The translations under genes and the position numbers were made by a program. From assembly GCA_004292575.1 (NCBI GenBank), contig RDXD01000382.1:1-48605 (forward strand): a stretch of DNA of 48,605 bases. Direction: 5' to 3'. How positions within the stretch are numbered: the stretch's first letter is position 1; each line of letters starts with the position of its first letter. The notes below the pieces were generated by a model. The model did not search any database. It saw only the letters and a program-made list of their open reading frames with translations, and was not told the origin of the DNA. This DNA is from Bacteroidota bacterium. GTDB lineage: Bacteria; Bacteroidota; Bacteroidia; Chitinophagales; Chitinophagaceae. Of the stretch, positions 47,104-48,605 are shown in pieces.

Positions 47104-48605
47104 TGTTTGCAAAGCGTTCAATATATAGAAAAGTGCTGTTTTTGAAATTGGCGGTGGCGCTGCTGGTTTTGAGTGTGATGGTTGGTGAAGTTTTTGGACA
47201 GGTACGGGTGGTGGTGTCGGTAACCGATAGTACACGGCGGCCCTTTATGGAGACGTTTTCCGGACGACTTTATCACAAGAATCTACAAGCCATGGTTTCG
47301 TTTGGTACGTCGAAGACAGGTGTGCTTAGCCTTAAAGTAGCCGATTTAGACATTGATAGTTCAAAATTGTGTATTAGTGCCGACGGTTATTTAGCCGACA
47401 CGGTTTTGTTGTTGCAAAGGCATGTTTTGGGCGATTCTTTGCACCTTTCGGCTCAGTTGTTGCCCATTCCACCCAGCACGCTGCCCAGCGCTACCGTTAC
47501 CGCACCAGCAGTTTGGAAACGGGGTGATACCACTTTCTATAATGTAGAAAAACACCTGGGCCCCGGCGACACCAAGCTGAAAGATTTGGTAAAAAAGTTA
47601 CCAGATTTTAGGCTCGATCAAAATGGCGTGTTGCACTTTAAGAATAAGCCGGTTGAAAAAATAATGATTGAAGGGGAGGAGGTTTTTGCCGATAAATTAG
47701 AGCTGATGCTTAACAGTTTTCCTACGCATGTACTTGATCAAGTTCAGGCATTGGAGAATCAAAATGACAATCGGTTGCTTACCGGGCTAAAAGATGAAGA
47801 AAAGGTATTTGTAAATTTAAAACTAAAAAAGAAATACCTGGCTACTGCTTTTGGCGACTTGGCGGTTGGTGCCGATACCAAGGCGCGTTATATACTAAAC
47901 CCCGTGCTGTTTACGCTGGCAGGCAAGGTTAAAATTGGCGCCATTGTAAATGCCAACACGGTGGGTACTGGCACCACCGCCGAAGCTTACGACGAAGTAA
48001 AAGGAAAAACTGCCCGTGAGTATGACAACTGGACCATCCAAAGTGCGCACATTGGTTCCATAGCAAACTTTGAGTCGCGCCGATACATCCAAAATCGCCT
48101 TTTCGATGGAAGAGTAAATGTGTTACTCCCCATGAGCAGCAAGACTAAAGCAAAAGTGGAGGCATACAGCATTATCGATAACCTCAGGCAATCAGCAAAC
48201 GCTGTTTCAACGTTGCTCGATTCTAATGGCTTCATCACTCGTAGCGACAGCAATCGGTTTTTGTTTTCGCCAACACTTTATGCCATTAGTGCCACTGTTT
48301 TGCACATGCCAACACCCCAAAAGCAATTCGATTTTAGACTACACTACACCACCGACAGATCGCGGTTTAGGCAGGATAATGTCTTTAGCTTTAGTAACCG
48401 AATTGGTGAGGAGTCACAAGCTTCAATTCGAAATAAGTTCGGAACCTTATCGGCATCGGCCACACATACACATCGGGTTGATAAAGCAACGGCATTGGTA
48501 ACTACGGTAAAGGCGCTTCACAGCAAAGGCAACCAAACAATACATACTGCTGCAGATAATTTGCCGGCCATTTTTGACCTTCCTACAAAATATACGCGCC
48601 ATCAA
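47103..48605 (+). CDS. Outer-membrane TonB-receptor-like/beta-barrel protein, partial (runs off the window; absent from the ORF track)
   Basis: Manual translation gives an open frame from the GTG at 47103 to the window end: signal peptide, then RGDTTFYNV...LKDLVKKLP...VEKIMIEGEEVF...VQALEN...VNLKLKK, the plug-like region typical of receptors next to GLPGLI genes. Exact start uncertain. Confidence 0.82.
   Translation, partial: MFAKRSIYRKVLFLKLAVALLVLSVMVGEVFGQVRVVVSVTDSTRRPFMETFSGRLYHKNLQAMVSFGTSKTGVLSLKVADLDIDSSKLCISADGYLADTVLLLQRHVLGDSLHLSAQLLPIPPSTLPSATVTAPAVWKRGDTTFYNVEKHLGPGDTKLKDLVKKLPDFRLDQNGVLHFKNKPVEKIMIEGEEVFADKLELMLNSFPTHVLDQVQALENQNDNRLLTGLKDEEKVFVNLKLKKKYLATAFGDLAVGADTKARYILNPVLFTLAGKVKIGAIVNANTVGTGTTAEAYDEVKGKTAREYDNWTIQSAHIGSIANFESRRYIQNRLFDGRVNVLLPMSSKTKAKVEAYSIIDNLRQSANAVSTLLDSNGFITRSDSNRFLFSPTLYAISATVLHMPTPQKQFDFRLHYTTDRSRFRQDNVFSFSNRIGEESQASIRNKFGTLSASATHTHRVDKATALVTTVKALHSKGNQTIHTAADNLPAIFDLPTKYTRHQ

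Noticed and set aside
1-48605. tRNA, rRNA, CRISPR arrays, transposases, integrases, prophage genes
   Set aside because: None recognised on manual reading.

Overview
Bacteroidota chromosomal window, most likely Chitinophagaceae-like, judged from TAnnTTTG promoters, SusC/SusD, an HTCS and T9SS C-terminal domains. Left part (0-14.3 kb) is GC-richer housekeeping DNA: enoyl-CoA hydratase, paaZ, a membrane-domain-only LTA-synthase-like gene, mnmH/selU, DUF5606, uppS-bamA-skp-skp, an L,D-transpeptidase and lutB. The middle (15.3-39.2 kb) is a visibly AT-richer polysaccharide utilization locus with SusC/SusD, three Cys-type sulfatases, four GH110-like beta-helix proteins (one T9SS-secreted and frameshifted), two uncharacterised secreted proteins and a convergent HTCS. 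Its promoter holds two pairs of 21-bp-spaced ATGTTAC repeats centred on an IHF-consensus site. The right part has a plug-domain protein, a SurA-like PPIase and pdxH, then an accessory region. There, two diverged ~280-nt non-coding direct repeats bracket an AbiE-like type IV TA module (three palindromic operators, truncated toxin), followed by a Cys-containing secreted protein, a GLPGLI protein and an outer-membrane receptor-like ORF running off the window. The least explained signal is the ~280-nt repeat pair. Several genes (bamA, the hydratase, the T9SS beta-helix gene, abiEii) appear to carry deletions, which may be real or assembly errors. All calls come from manual reading; no searches were run.
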